Positions 1 through 13,950 of a stretch of DNA of 64,000 nt are shown in pieces. This DNA is from Lama glama (taxonomy: Eukaryota), in the NCBI GenBank assembly GCA_028534125.1, contig CM052832.1:9550001-9614000 (forward strand), in the 5' to 3' direction. A model generated the notes under the pieces. It was not told the DNA's origin, did no database searches, and saw only the letters and a program-made list of their open reading frames with translations. Each line of letters begins with the position of its first letter. Within the stretch, counting starts at the first letter, position 1. Both the position numbers and the translations under genes were made by a program.

Positions 1-15
1 GGTTCTCTCCCGCAG

Positions 16-136
16 TCCATCTACAAGCTGAAGAAAGCCTGCAGGGTGGAGACGGAGGCCGAGCAGCAAGAGCAGCTGCTCACGCCCGAGGAGGTCGTGG
101 ACAGGATCTTCCTTCTGGTGGATGAGAACGGAGATG
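16..136 (+). CDS. GUCA1B: GUCA1B (GCAP2) penultimate coding exon, up to the EF-hand 4 loop
   Basis: Acceptor ttctctcccgcag ends at 15. Translates [41 protein letters not shown], matching mammalian GCAP2. Phase-1 donor G|GTAAC at 136/137. Upstream exons lie outside the window. Confidence 0.96.
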
Positions 137-667
137 GTAACAGGGGCAGAGAGGATGTTGGCGGGAGGTGGCCGGGGGGTGGGGGGGAGCTGCCTGCTGT
201 GGAGCACCCCCACTTCACCTTAGTTAGGGGAGGCCCTTCACCTCCCAACAGTGTGATGAGTGTGGAGAGGGTTACATAAAATAACAAAGGGTGTCACTAA
301 CACAGGGGATTTGTGCGTGTGATTAACACTCCTGTTGGAGTTGCTGATGGAGGCCAGGCAAGTGTAGTGGAAAAAAGAGGAGCTTTGGAGTTAGGAAGGT
401 TGGGATGCTCCATTTACCCTCAGACTGGTCTCAGTTTCCTCATCTGGAAAATGGGTATAAGAATGGTTGAAGGGAATAAATGGGGTCATGTACATAAGTA
501 AGAGCCACTGTTAAGGCTATTTGGACTCTCCTCTCCATAGCTGAGAGCCCTGGCCCCAGGCTGTGCAGGGAGGAAGCTGGCTGGGAACACCCCAGAAGAG
601 CCCTCAAGAACATTTTGAGGGCCCCTTGGGCAAAAGTAAAACTTAATCCATTTGCAAAGAAAGTCCC

Positions 668-765
668 ATGTATGACTGAAGCATTATGCTGTACACCAAA
701 AACTGACACAACATTGTAAACTGACTATACTTCAATAAAAATATATATAAAGGGGAAAAAAAAGA
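668..765 (+). mobile_element. 5'-truncated L1 3' end in the last GUCA1B intron
   Basis: atgtatgactgaagcattatgctgtacacc...acattgtaaactgactatacttcaataaaaa plus an A-rich tail, typical of a cetartiodactyl L1 terminus. Flanks aagaaagtccc / aagaaaccc resemble a degenerate TSD. Confidence 0.75.
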
Positions 766-949
766 AACCCTTGAAGTTTCCAGGAGATTCCCGGAGAATG
801 GGAGAATTGACAAGGCCCAAGCTTAGGTCCTGAGACTGCAGGCTGTCTGTGTAAGAGGTGTGGGCGCATCCCAGGAGACAAGGCCTTGCCTCTTGCCCCC
901 ACCCCCATTTCTCCCATTCCCATGACCGTCTCTCCTACCCCTTGCTCAG

Positions 950-1077
950 GCCAGCTGTCTCTGAATGAGTTCATTGAAGGTGCCCGTCGTGACAAGTGGG
1001 TGATGAAGATGCTGCAAATGGACCTGAATCCCGGTAGCTGGATCTCTCAGCCGAGGCGGAAAAGCGCCATGTTCTGA
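950..1077 (+). CDS. GUCA1B: GUCA1B (GCAP2) last coding exon
   Basis: Acceptor cccttgctcag|, phase matches the previous exon. Translates (G)[41 protein letters not shown], with the characteristic GCAP2 C-terminus RRKSAMF. TGA at 1075-1077. Confidence 0.97.
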
Positions 1078-2297
1078 GGGGTCTGGGGCCCTGGGAGCCC
1101 TCCAAGACTCTAGGTTCACCACGTTTCCAGAGGAGAGGGAGGCTCCCTGGCTCGGCCAGCTTAGGCCCACTGTCATCCTGGCTTGGACTTCCTAGCACCC
1201 CTTGTGCAGGGGGTGGGGCTGAGTGGGGAGGGGAGGGGCCATTGGTCTAAAATAGTCAATAGGGTCTGGTCCATTGGGAGGATTTCCGGGGTGGAGACGG
1301 GAACTGGTTTCCTCTGCCCTCTCAGTGGCTCCTGGGAAAGCTACGCTTTGGCTAGGTGATTGTGGGGCTCCCACAAATTCCTACATGGCTCTTAGCTGTA
1401 AGCAGGGAAAACTGAGAGGTGGGGAGGGTCCCATAGACCAAATGAGCAATGAGAATGCCCCACAGTGCGAAACTGATTAGTAGAAGGGAGGGGCTGGCAG
1501 GTGATGTTGACTCTGAAGGAAAGGTAGGAGTTGGGGGGAGGGGTGGATAATAATTACATCCCCCCAGGACCCTGAGTGTTCATGGGAGGGCTCTTGTCTC
1601 TTCCTCTACAAGTTGTCCTCCCCAGGGGTATTAGTAGGGAAACTTGCAACAAGAAAGGCTGTGGTCTTCCTGCCCTTAGTGGGGGGTCAGTTGTGCTTAA
1701 AGGGGCTATTTTAGCCCCGCCCTGGTGCTGCACCCCACCAACACCTGCCACCACCACCCCAACCCTTCTTTCCCCTCTCCACCCCTCATCCTCACACTCA
1801 CCTCTCCAACCCCCACCCCCCAGCATGGACCCTCCACAAATCTCAGTCACAAGCCCACAAGCCAAATGTGTCTCCTTAAAGGACGGAGAAAACTTTCCTC
1901 TGTCTCTGGGGAGAATTGGGCACCTGCCACCCTGGGTTCTAGGCCAGGCTTTGCCTCCATCAGCTAGGTGACCTAAGACGGCCACTTCCCTTCCCTAACC
2001 TCGGTTATCTCATCTGCACGCGGAGCCGGTTGGACTAGACACGCTGTTTTCAGATTATTATTTTTTTAGATGTGGAATTCTTTTTGTCATACAAGCTTTA
2101 TCTGCAATCCCAGTACAGAAACTAGATTAAAAAGCAGTCGCTCTGGTTACAGCGGGTGCTGAAGAACTCAGAAAAGGAACTCATGTGAATAGATATGTGT
2201 TTGTGTTGATATGTGAAGAATAAAACTAACTTGTTGAGCCTGTAATTTCATGGGAATGATGTCCATGTATATAAAGCTTCCTTTAGAAATAAATGTA

Positions 2298-2418
2298 GCA
2301 GAGAGTAGAGCTCAGTGGTAGAGCGTGTCCTGGCATGCATAAGGTCCTAGATGCAGTCCCCAGTACCTCCATTAAATAAGTAAGCAAATAAACAAAACTA
2401 ATTACCTCCTCCAACAAA
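2298..2418 (+). mobile_element. tRNA-derived SINE (camelid type)
   Basis: A-box agctcagtggtagag, degenerate B-box, A-rich tail. Exact 13-bp TSD agaaataaatgta at 2285-2297 and 2419-2431. Confidence 0.88.
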
Positions 2419-3839
2419 AGAAATAAATGTAAAGTAAAAAGCAGTTGGTTAAAGAATCAGTAATCCAGTTGAACACAGATATGCCCCCAAATCATGAAGG
2501 TGGTATGTAAATGCGGTTGGGGAAATGTCCTATTTCTGTTCAAATACCCCCCCAGCTCTGACCTCCAGGATCTCCCAAGTGGCTGCCACCAAGAGAAGCA
2601 GCAGAAATGTCAACCCCCTTTCTTTCCAGACTGTCCCTTTCCCACCTTCCCTCCATGTCTGTGCTCAGGCCCTGGCTGACTTCCCAGTCTGGGATGGCCC
2701 ACGGGATGGACAAGATGGGTGTGAACGAACCGCACCCTCTCCTCCCCCCCGAGGGGCTCTCTGCAAGCTGAGGCTTCATCGCCTTTCCCCTTGTTTGCTC
2801 CCTCCCATCCCTGTATTTTTATTTACTCCCTGCACTTCCCCCGCACCCAGCTGATGTGAAGTCTCACAATTCAGAAGAAAGAGCATCTTTGAAAAGTTGG
2901 TCACAACTGCTCCAGCCTATGTCTCTCCCCAGGTTCTTGGACAGGTGTTGTTAAAGTCGGGGTGTGCCAAGAATGGGGCTAGGACCCACCTGGAACAGAC
3001 TGCTCCACTTCCCAACAGGTGTCAGGTGTCACCGCAGCAAGAGGGATTTAGGTTAGACCAGGGATGGTCAGGACACTTGCCATAAGCAATGAGTCAAAAT
3101 CCCACGGAGAACCACGTGGCACCACATGCCATGGAGGGGCCAGTGGGGGAAGAATGAGAGTGTTGTGCTGTCACTTCTGAAGTAACATGGATTTCCTCTG
3201 GATAAAGGAGGACTTTCTATAGCATCGTACTTTCTCTTAGTGTATTTTATTATGACGCTTAGCCTGTGAGTTCCTTGAGCATGAGAACTGTTCTCTTTGC
3301 CTATCTAACATCTAGCATTAATTTGGAGTAGGTGTTCGATAAATGCTTGTTGAGGGGAGGAACGAATCAACACAGACCACATAAGTAGGCTCTGGGATCC
3401 TGGGGGCAGGATGAGTGTGTGATATAGCGCCCAGATGGAGGCTGCAACCACCATGCCGTGGGATTCCGTGAGTCCCAGGAAGCCCTTCTCTCTCTGCCTC
3501 AGAGCTTCCGAGTCTGGAAGAGTGGAACTGGAGAGACTAAGTGGGAGAGCTGGTAAAAGCTGGGGGAGGTGCCAGAAGGGGCTGGGGAGGAGCCTGACAG
3601 ATGCTGAGGACTGACCCCAGCAGGGAGCGGTCACTTCCAGGCCAGTCATACAGAGGGTGCCATCAATGTGCCCTGCTCAGGACCCCCACCCCTGCCCCTC
3701 TGCTGCTACCATGCACCCAGAAGAGGTGAGCTGAGCCTTTAAGTTCAGTAGACTCTATCTAGTATTAAAACAACAGTGAGACACCAGGCACCACCACATA
3801 CACATTCCCAGTCCAGAAGCAGCTGCGCGGTGGGCTCAC

Positions 3840-4012
3840 TCAGCCAGCTGCCTCCGCTGCCTCCGCTTCCCCACCGCCAGCCCCCTCCTCATCCTGCTCT
3901 CCATTCTGGAGCCTGCGCACAATGCCGGTAAGGTCCAGGCTTCGGGTCAGTGTGTCCAGCAGCATCTGGTCCTTCTGGACGCCCTCCATGAACTCCTCCA
4001 AGGAGAGTTCCC
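3840..4012 (-). CDS. GUCA1A: GUCA1A (GCAP1) coding exon 4
   Basis: Minus-strand acceptor ctctaccccag|. Translates (G)[59 protein letters not shown] at 3842-3840. Confidence 0.97.
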
Positions 4013-4036
4013 CTGGGGTAGAGAGAAAGGGAATCA

Positions 4037-4447
<411 letters not shown>

Positions 4448-4655
4448 TCAGCCGTGGGAGTGGGACAGAGAGTGCTCGTCAGGCTCCCAACACCCTTGGG
4501 GAGCAGAGGTCAAGGCGCTCGAGGCCTCAGGCATAGCTGGGACTGCGCTTCCACGGACTTTTGGTACAGAAGAGGAAACTGAGGTCCAGGAAAGGGAGGA
4601 AACATGTTCCAGGTCACGCAGCTGGTGAGGGCCTCAGCCGCCACAGGGACCCTCA

Positions 4656-4973
<318 letters not shown>

Positions 4974-7900
4974 TCAGAGCCCCGCCTCCAAGGCCCCAGA
5001 TGCTGAGCAGAGACCCCGACCAGCGCCCCTGCCCCTTGGCGCCCATTCCTTTTCATCCTCCAGGACACCCCGCATAGCCCACACTGCCTGCCCCAGAGGC
5101 TGCTGATCAAATCTGATAAGCCAAGCCCCACTGGGATGTGAATGGCTGGTGCTGTCTCTTCACAGGTATTGATTCTGGCAGTCACCGGCTGCTTCCCTGT
5201 GATCCTCAAACTTGAGCCCTTACTGTCTGGGATGGAGTGCAAGATGTGTGTACGTGGGAGGAGAGACACCGACCCCCGCAGGGATGGGGATGTGGTTTAG
5301 ATGAGCTCTAAGGAGCCCGGGTAGGAGCTAAAGGTAGATAGGGAGGCACATAGCCCCTTTCTCACCCTTCACGTAATTCTTCAAGCCTCAGCGAACGCTA
5401 CTGCGTGCCGTGATCGACTGAGGATTCAGAACTCAGTAACACAGAATGCTGTCCTTACCAGAGCGCAGTGCTAAGGATGCAGGTTTGAATCCTGGCTCCA
5501 CCCTCTCAAATATGTGGGATCTGGGACAAAGGATTCAATTTGTCTCTGGCCCTCAAATTCCTGATCTGTAATAGTTATAACAGTACCCAGCTCCATGGGA
5601 TTGTCTTTGGCTTAAAAGAGTTCATGTACAAAAGGCACTCAACTCTGTCCGGCACATGGTAGGCACTCGGTAAATGTTAGCTGTTGTTATTACTACTATT
5701 TCTATTATTATTATAAAGAGATCGCTATGACATCATTCAGAGACAACATATCTGGTCAGGACATTATGGAATCACAGAATACGGGAGCCCCAGGCAAGGA
5801 CAGCAGAGGGGCTTCCTGGAGGCGGCAATGCCCTCATTGAGTCTTGGAGGGACTGGCCATGGGGGAAGGTGGTTCAAGACATTCCTGTGGGATATTTCCC
5901 CAGGGCCCTCCAAAAGTTCAGCAGCTGACCCTCTGCCTGGCCCTGCCAGCCCTACCAATGGGGTCAGGGAAGCAGGGAGCACAGGCCTGCCTCTGCCCAC
6001 CTCCCCTCCAAACTTGTCCTCCAGGTCACACTCCCTGCTTACAGCTGTACCCCTCAACCCTGCCCACCCAGCACAGTACCCTAGGAGACAACTCTCTTCT
6101 ACCTCAGGGCTGGCAAACTTCTTCTATAAAGGGCCAAATAGCAATAGTTCAGTTTTGACAAAAACGGATGTGTTGTGTTCTAATAAGACTTCATTTACTA
6201 AAAATAGGCCAATGGGCCATTGTCTGCACTGCCCTGTTTAACTCCTCTCTGTATCCAAGCTTCCCAGTCCTGTGTCCCATCTCGTAGCCAGTCTGCTGAA
6301 CTGCTTTATGCACGTGAAAATGGGCAGGAGGAATGTTGCCCAATGTGATTTATGCTACTGGTGCGGACAAGGCACTTCAGATGTCACAAAGACGCCCTTT
6401 AGTTTAGCAAGTATATATTTAAATTAATGTATAGTATGTAATACATAACTGTTCCATAAAACTCATAATTTCTCATATAGTCATTTACTCATATAAAAAT
6501 ATTTATTAAGCACCTGCTGTGTTCCAAGCACTATTCTAGGTGCAAAGGATACAGCAATGGACAGGCAAAAATCCGTGCCCTTGTGGAGCTCACATTCCAG
6601 CAGGAGAGACAGACAGTAAACACAGTGGCTAAATGTTACTCAGTATCATGTATTATAAGATGAGACGTGCTCGGAGGGGAAAGGGGAGGACTAAGAAATG
6701 CCAGGGTCGGGGCTAGTTCCAGTTAGACAGGACTGAACCCAGGAGATCAGGGCAGGTGTCAGTGGAAAGGAGACAGTTGATCAGAGACTTGTAGCAGAGA
6801 CTTGTGAGCCAAACAGAATTCTGGAGGAAGAGTCCCAGGCCCTAAGGCGGGGGTGTGTGTGTAATTGAGGAGGTCAGATTTGGGACAGTACAGGTGGTGC
6901 TTGCATGTGTCAAAAACTGAAGAGATGGCATATGAATGACTCAGGGTTGATGGGTTTCCCCTACCTGGTGTCATAAGTGTGATTTTAGGGGTTCCTTCGG
7001 AGACATGTCTTGACCCAAAGGGTTTCCTTAGCAGGTGAGAAGCCCATTTATTTCAATGCATTTGGATGTAAGGTGTTGAGACTCAACCACTGAGTCTGCC
7101 CCCTCCCTTTCAGGAAAGACCACTTCTTCTGGAGCACTTTTGGGGTCCGGCATGATGATACAATCCCTCCTGGCCTTCAAACCTCGGGCTCCAGTATTCT
7201 GCCCCTCGTGCCCGTCACAAGAAAGCCCTCGGGCACGACGATGCTGCCCTTGAGGCTAGGACTCAAAGCCCATAATCTGCTTTGGTCCCTTGATCCTAAT
7301 ATTAGTGAGTTTTAAATAGCCTCTGAGCCCCAGCTTTCCCTAGAAGCATCACCTGCGATGGTATTGGGACACTCTGGGCAGTGAGGGGAGCCAGGGAAGC
7401 TCTGGGCAGCCTCTCCCTCACCTGCAGTGGACACGTGGCAGCATCATGTCCTCACCTTCGTGGGAGCACCAGCCAGGGTGGGGACCAGCAGGGGTGGGGA
7501 ACTTGGTTTGTGGATTTGGGCTCTTTTACCACCACATTCTGACTGAATTCTTCCAAATAAATGGAACAGATTAACTAATGCTCCCAACATCCATGTCAGA
7601 TTTGGGTGAGTAAGCTGGGGCAGTAATGGGGAGGAAATGGGCTTAATGGGTGGCCCAAACCCTCTTTTGGTGCCCTCTTCTCAGGAAGTCCTCACCCAAT
7701 GTGTCCAGGTGATTCTTTGAGAAGACATATAATGTGACCACTGGGCAGACCTTCAGTCCCTCTTAGGATGAACTGGTGTCACTGGGTACTTTGGAGTTGA
7801 AGTGGTCTGTGTTCCCTGGTGACCAGGCAACCCTGACTGTCCCCAGTTCTATTGTCCACAGACCATCACGGGTGACCCAAGCAACATGGGCTTGCCCATC

Positions 7901-8203
7901 CCAGACCAGCCGGGCTGAAGCTCATCACTCTGCTCTCTGCTCTCCCCGCATCTTCCTCTTGCATCCTAGGAGCATCTAAAGGCCTGTGCAAAAGCATCAC
8001 GTACAGTACCAAGCACTTACAAGGTGCTTGACGACTGTTTTGCAAGTGTTCACACTTGTTCTAGAGTAAACAGAGTGGGTGTGGAAGAGGCAGAGGAAGT
8101 TGCTAGGTTCAGCCTCCAAGTACACTGATCGGGGGCTTCTGTCTTCCCCTGGAGAGGGAGGGACGAGGGCTGATTCATCTCTGAACCCCCAGTGCCTGGC
8201 TCA

Positions 8204-8719
<516 letters not shown>

Positions 8720-8819
8720 TCAAAAAGTACAGAGAAATGTCAGGAGGAGGCGAGCAGAAGGGAGAAGGTAACGGGGGCTGCACTAGCCTACACCCAAATC
8801 CAGGGGCTGCCAGAGAACT

Positions 8820-8980
8820 GGTGTTAAAAGTCCCCACTAAATCCTTGCAGCCAATGGAGACCGCCCCTTGGGAAGAGGAGTGAAAATAGAACAAAGCTTA
8901 GAGGAGCCGAGGCCCCGGATTACAGCCTTGAGCTGTGGGTGAGAGGATTTTCTTACCCAGTTTGCAATCTCCTTATCCCT
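8820..8980 (-). promoter_or_regulatory. GUCA1A proximal photoreceptor promoter candidate
   Basis: CRX/OTX2-type sites TAATCC (minus, 8917-8922) and TAAGCT (minus, 8895-8900), CCAAT at 8851-8855 and GC box at 8861-8867. Lies 240-400 bp upstream of the ATG. Confidence 0.55.
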
Positions 8981-9352
8981 TCTTACTGGGACAGAGTGGG
9001 TGGCCAGCCAGCAGCTGTTCTGATCCTGTCACCTCCACTCCCTTCTCCTCCTGTTTTGAAGGGTCTCAGCATTTCTGGTTCCTGCTCTCAGATGTGGAAT
9101 TGAGGTACCGATGAGATAGAGCTGGTTTCTCTTCCAGAGCTGGGCTGACTGTGGGTTCTTGATAGGGCTGCGGTGTACAGTTATCCAGGCTGTGCACTGC
9201 AGTTGACTGTCACAACTGAGGGTTTCCAATCACACCAAGGATAGCTAACATATGAGAGCATCTGGGTGATGCAGAGTTTGTGGGCTTCCAGGACAAGTCC
9301 TGAGCAGATAGAGGGAACTCCCTCCTCCATAGAACTGCACAAATACATGTAG

Positions 9353-9388
9353 CCACACACAAACACACACACACACACACACACACAC
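9353..9388. repeat. (CA)n microsatellite
   Basis: CA run with one interruption. Confidence 0.9.
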
Positions 9389-10419
9389 TAACTAACTAGC
9401 CCTGTTCTGGCCACATTCTCATATTCCTGGAGGTTGCATCATTCCCATCCTGAGAGGCCTGAATTCCACCCTCCATCTGACTCTAAACCTGACACCATCA
9501 CTCCAGCGCAGGGGTGATAGGAGACACTGAGTGTGTGCCCAGGGGCCTGGGGTGTGTGTGAGTGAGAGCAGGCACGCAGGTGCATGGGTGTGCTGCTACC
9601 TGCTGGTCCTGGAAAGCTCCCAGGCTAAGCCTAGGGACCCATCTAGGCAGGAACAGCTTTCTCTGACCCCTCGTTGGATGCTCTCTGACCATAGACTTTA
9701 AAGTTGGCTCATTACAGAGCCAACATTTAAGTGCATTTAAGCTGCATACTTAAGCCCAGAGCCAGCACTCGCACTGTCCTGCCCCTTCCCTGTTTCCCTC
9801 CCTCCTCCACTCTTCAGACCTTGCCTGGTCCCCTACCACAGCCAGAGGGAACCACCACACACATTTCTGCTTTCCCCAGCTGGCCCTTGGATACTTACCC
9901 AAGTTGTACTCTGAGGCTTTTGCACAAAAGTGTCTCTTATATTTGACAAAAGGACTGCCTTTTGGGGTGGTTTGCTACCACAGCTAATCTATCCTATCCT
10001 GACTGATACAAAGGCTGTGCAATTTTAAATACTGCACAAAATGTTATGAGTCTTTCTAGCAAAATTAGGCTGGCCGAGCTCCCCTCAGGAACCCCAACTG
10101 CCTGGGCCCCACCAGACTGCAAGCCTACAAGGACAGGATTCTTTACTCTAGGCTGTGAAGTACTTTTTCTTGAGAGTGAATACTTTGGAAGATTTTTTAA
10201 TATACATGTATGTATATAAATATACTCCTATTTATATAAATTATATAATATAAACGTATCATCACATATAAATTCACTTGTATAAGTATCTTATACAATC
10301 TGTATATTAGATAGCAGAGTACATACATACATACCTCACAGTTGGCCAGGTTATGCGTAGTAACTAGCCACTCAAAAATCTCTGTGGCCTAAAGCAACAC
10401 AAGTTTATTTCTTACTCAC

Positions 10420-10600
10420 ACTACTGGCTGGGTGACCTTAAGCAAGTACCTTAATATCTCTGGGCCTCAGTTTTCTCATCCTTAAAATGGAGATAATGGC
10501 GCCCACCTCACAGGGCTGTTAAGAGGGTTAACTGAATTGATACTAATCTATGAAAAGCATTTAGAGCAGGCGCTGGTATTGAGGAAGAGTCCCATATTAG
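10420..10600. mobile_element. MIR SINE fragment
   Basis: MIR core: gggtgaccttaagcaagtaccttaatatctctgggcctcagttttctcatccttaaaatggagataat. Further MIR fragments are visible near 5470-5700, 23340-23545, 41500-41700, 51630-51850, 52650-52840, 54960-55160 and 58280-58480. Confidence 0.75.
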
Positions 10601-10899
10601 TTATTTCATTCTTTTGTATCCATTACATCTGCAGGTCTGGCATGCTGTTGACTTCAGAATCCAGGTGCTGTTATATTACATCTTGGGCACAGCAATGTCC
10701 CTAGGTTAGAGCCTCTTGTCCCTTTAGCCCCACTCACTGCAGGCCCTGGACTGTTAGAAGACCTGTGTGGGGACAGACATCGACCTGTCTCACACAGGGA
10801 ACTCTCCAGCTGCGTTCAGGCCGTAGAGAAGGCAGAAGCCTTCATTAACACCTTATTAGATCCAACCCCATTCCCAGCTCTCTGCCCCCTTGTCTGCCT

Positions 10900-11290
10900 C
10901 TATGAAAGAGAGGCTAGAAAAGCAAGAAAATTGTTTTCCTAGCCTCTCCTGCAGCTTGTGGTGGCCACATGACATGGTTCTGGACAAAGAAATGTAAGTG
11001 AAGTTCTGTGTGATTTTCTGGGGAAGCTTTGCTTTCTTGATAAAAGTGATAAAAGATGCAACTGGTGCTGCCCTTTCCTACTTTTGCCCTTGAATGTGGA
11101 TGCGATGCCTGGAATGTAGCAGCCATCTTGTGACCATGAGGTTTCAAGCAGAGGAAAGGGCCGAGAATACCAGAGATGGCAGCCATCATTGTTGAACTGC
11201 TCAACCCATGGAAATAACCAATGCCTCAACCCACAGTCCTGGTTATGTTTGAAAAATAAACCCCTATTTACTGAAATAAAAAGCAAACTT
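10900..11290. mobile_element. MLT1-type (MaLR) LTR fragment
   Basis: Segments gtggccacatgacatggttctgg...atgtaagtgaagt and cagccatcttgtgaccatgagg are typical of old MLT1 LTRs. Boundaries approximate. Confidence 0.6.
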
Positions 11291-12576
11291 GAACCCTCAG
11301 ATACAGTTCGAGGATAGAGGCCTCAGTAAGATGGTGATTCTTATGCAATTTTGTGAGAAAAGTGTCAGGCTACCCATCTAGGAGGGTATCCTGAGAGCTG
11401 AACAGAGAGAGGACCAGGACCTGGAGAAGGTCAGCTCAGAGAGATGGTCCAGCTCTGTCGAGGAAGGGCAGTCACAGCCTTCCAGCCACCAGGGCCAAGT
11501 TCTCTGTATCCACAGGCTGTGACTCCTAGCTTTGCAGAGGGAGGAGCCCAGAGTGATGGGGTCTGTCTCACTAGACACTGCTCAGCCCCAGCAGCCCTTC
11601 CACAGGAGGACACCTCCTCTCAGCAGCTCAGGGCACATGGGAACCACCGGAAGCAGAACGCTGCTATACCTAGGGAGGGATCTCAGCTCCAGATGGAATG
11701 AGACAAAGAGGTCCTGAGAACTAGAGGAGACTGAGTGGGCTGCTTCTCTGGCCATTCCTTTTGTGGCATCTGCCACATATAACCAGGGGTGGGGCTGGGG
11801 TGGGGAGATGTGTGCTCTGGGCCAGATCTGGCCTTCCCCGGAGAGCATTTTTCTTCCTTTCCATCACAGAAACCACTGGTTGGTCTTCTTGCAACTCTTT
11901 TTGCCCATTATCCTGAGAAAGTTAATTCAAAGGGCCCAGAGCTAAGGATGCTTCTTAGAAGACCAGAGAAAGACTGAGACGAGGGTGACATTAACACTGT
12001 TGTCCCTGTCACTTGTGTATTTGGTACCTGTGACCAGAAGGAAACAATGAAAATGTTAACAGGCTCATCTCTGAGTCATGGGATCACCAGTGATTTTTTA
12101 AATCTTTGCTTTTTTAAAAAAAATCTGTATTTTAAAAAACGATTCATAATAAACATACATTATTTATAACCAGCAGATAGTTATTTTTGAAAAAAAGAAA
12201 TGGGACTGTTTCACCTCTCTTCCACCTTAGGGGATCAATTTAAGATGCATTTCAGGGTTGGGGTGGGGAGAGGCTGGGGTCTGCCTGCCTTGATCAAGTT
12301 CTCCAGAGCATTTTTTTTTTTTGTCAGGGGGGCAGGGTGGGCTCCTCCACTGAACTTGCTTGGGGCCCAGGCTGGAATCCATGTCCTTGCAGAGCCCTCT
12401 CAGGCCCAGGGTTTGAAATGAAGGGGTAGTGGAGAAGGTGGCCACTCATCTTTCCCTACTTACATCCTCCTCACTCTTCACGTGTTAGTACAAAAGCCCC
12501 CTCCTCTGTGAAGCCTTCTGAATCTCTACAGAATTCACCCTTCCAGCCTCAGCATGCCGACATCTGGCTTATGAGT

Positions 12577-13177
12577 TGTTAGCTTCTTATACTATATAAC
12601 AAAGCACCACAGAGTCAGCAGCTTAACACTGTGTATATTTATTATCTCACAGCTTCTGAGAACCAGGAGTCCACAAAGCACGGCTTAACCGGATCCTCTG
12701 GCCAGGATCTCACAAGGCTGTAATCAAGGTGTCATCTGGGTTGTGTTCTCATCTGAAGGCTTGACTGGGGAGGAATCCACTTGCACCTCATTCACGTCAT
12801 TGGCAGAATTCATTCCATGTGGCTACAGGACCGACAGCCCTGGCTTTTTGCTAGATATTGTCTGGAGGGCACTCTCAGGTCCCAGAGGCTGCCTAAAGTT
12901 TCTAGAAGCTGCCTACAGTTCCTTGTTACATGGGCTTCTCAACACGGCTGCTTATTTTGTCAAACCAATGGGGAGACTCTCTCTCCCATCTGCTAAAATG
13001 GAATCCTATATAATGCAGCCTAAATCAGGGAGTCACACCCATCGCCTTTGCCATATTTGGTGGGGTAGTAGCAAGCCTCAGGTCTCTGCCACACTCAGCG
13101 TGAGAGGCTAACACAGAGACGCGAGCAACAGGAGGTGGGAATCATTGGAGGCCACCTTATGGTCTATGACGGTCACA
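12577..13177. mobile_element. MLT1-type (MaLR) LTR
   Basis: Segments tttattatctcacagcttctg...caggagtcc...ctcacaaggctgtaatcaaggtgtc...gaaggcttgactggggaggaatcc match recalled MLT1 consensus features. Confidence 0.7.
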
Positions 13178-13344
13178 CTTCTGTGATAATAAAGACATAA
13201 AATACTCATTTCTTTCTGAAATTATAAGCAGCTGTTTGATGCCAACCTACCTTCAGGAGCCCAGCAGCTCCCCTGTAGAGGCCACTGTCTCTCTCTCTCT
13301 CGCAGCATCCCAGCCCCTAGTACCACGATTCCATGGTCCACGGT

Positions 13345-13950
13345 CGTGAGCTGGTTATTGTTTGCCCCTCCCCCACTCATTCTCCATCTTCCTCTGTCTG
13401 CTCTGAGCCCCAGGAGGCTGACCTCTGTGGACTGGATCACCTGGGCACCCTGGCCCTCTGGCTTCAGTTGGGTTCATCCATTGAGAAGCACTGAAGGAGA
13501 CTGGAAGGAGGGAAGAGAGAGAGGCTGGGTGTTTGTCCCCCTCCCTCCTGGCTGGGTCAACGATGGGCCCTGGGCCCTGGTTGCCTTCTTCGACCCTCAG
13601 CTGCAGCTCCTGCCAGAGCCCTCTCTAGGCTCCTGTGACAAAGCCCCTGCCTTCTACCCTCTGGGCACACCCTCAAGCCCCTTAAATACGCCCACTTCTC
13701 AGTGAACAGTCCTCTCATTAAACTCTCCTCAATTACCTTTTATTTTTAACTTTTTAAAACATTTATTTATTTATTTATTTGGGGAGAATGGTAATTAGGT
13801 TTAGTTATTTATTTATTTTTTTGGAGGAGGTTCTGGGGATTGAACCCAGGACCTTGTGCATGCTATGCATGCATTCTGCTACTTGAGCTATACCCTCCCG
13901 CCACTGCAATTACCTTTCTGAGAGTAACTGCCCCTGAGACTGACAGGGCC
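13345..13950. mobile_element. Old ERVL-type LTR (LTR33-like) interrupted by a SINE
   Basis: ctctgagccccaggaggctgacct...gccctctggcttcagttgggtt...cattaaactctcctcaattacc. Family assignment is from memory. Confidence 0.5.
13741..13906 (-). mobile_element. tRNA-derived SINE (camelid type)
   Basis: Reverse-strand gggagggtatagctcaagtag...ggttcaatccccag with a T-rich tail. 11-bp TSD caattaccttt at 13730-13740 and 13907-13917. Confidence 0.88.

Noticed and set aside
3617..3630. CTCF-like motif CCAGCAGGGAGCGG (similar partial matches near 47080 and 62060)
   Set aside because: Imperfect matches are expected by chance in GC-rich DNA and cannot be supported without ChIP data or PWM scoring.
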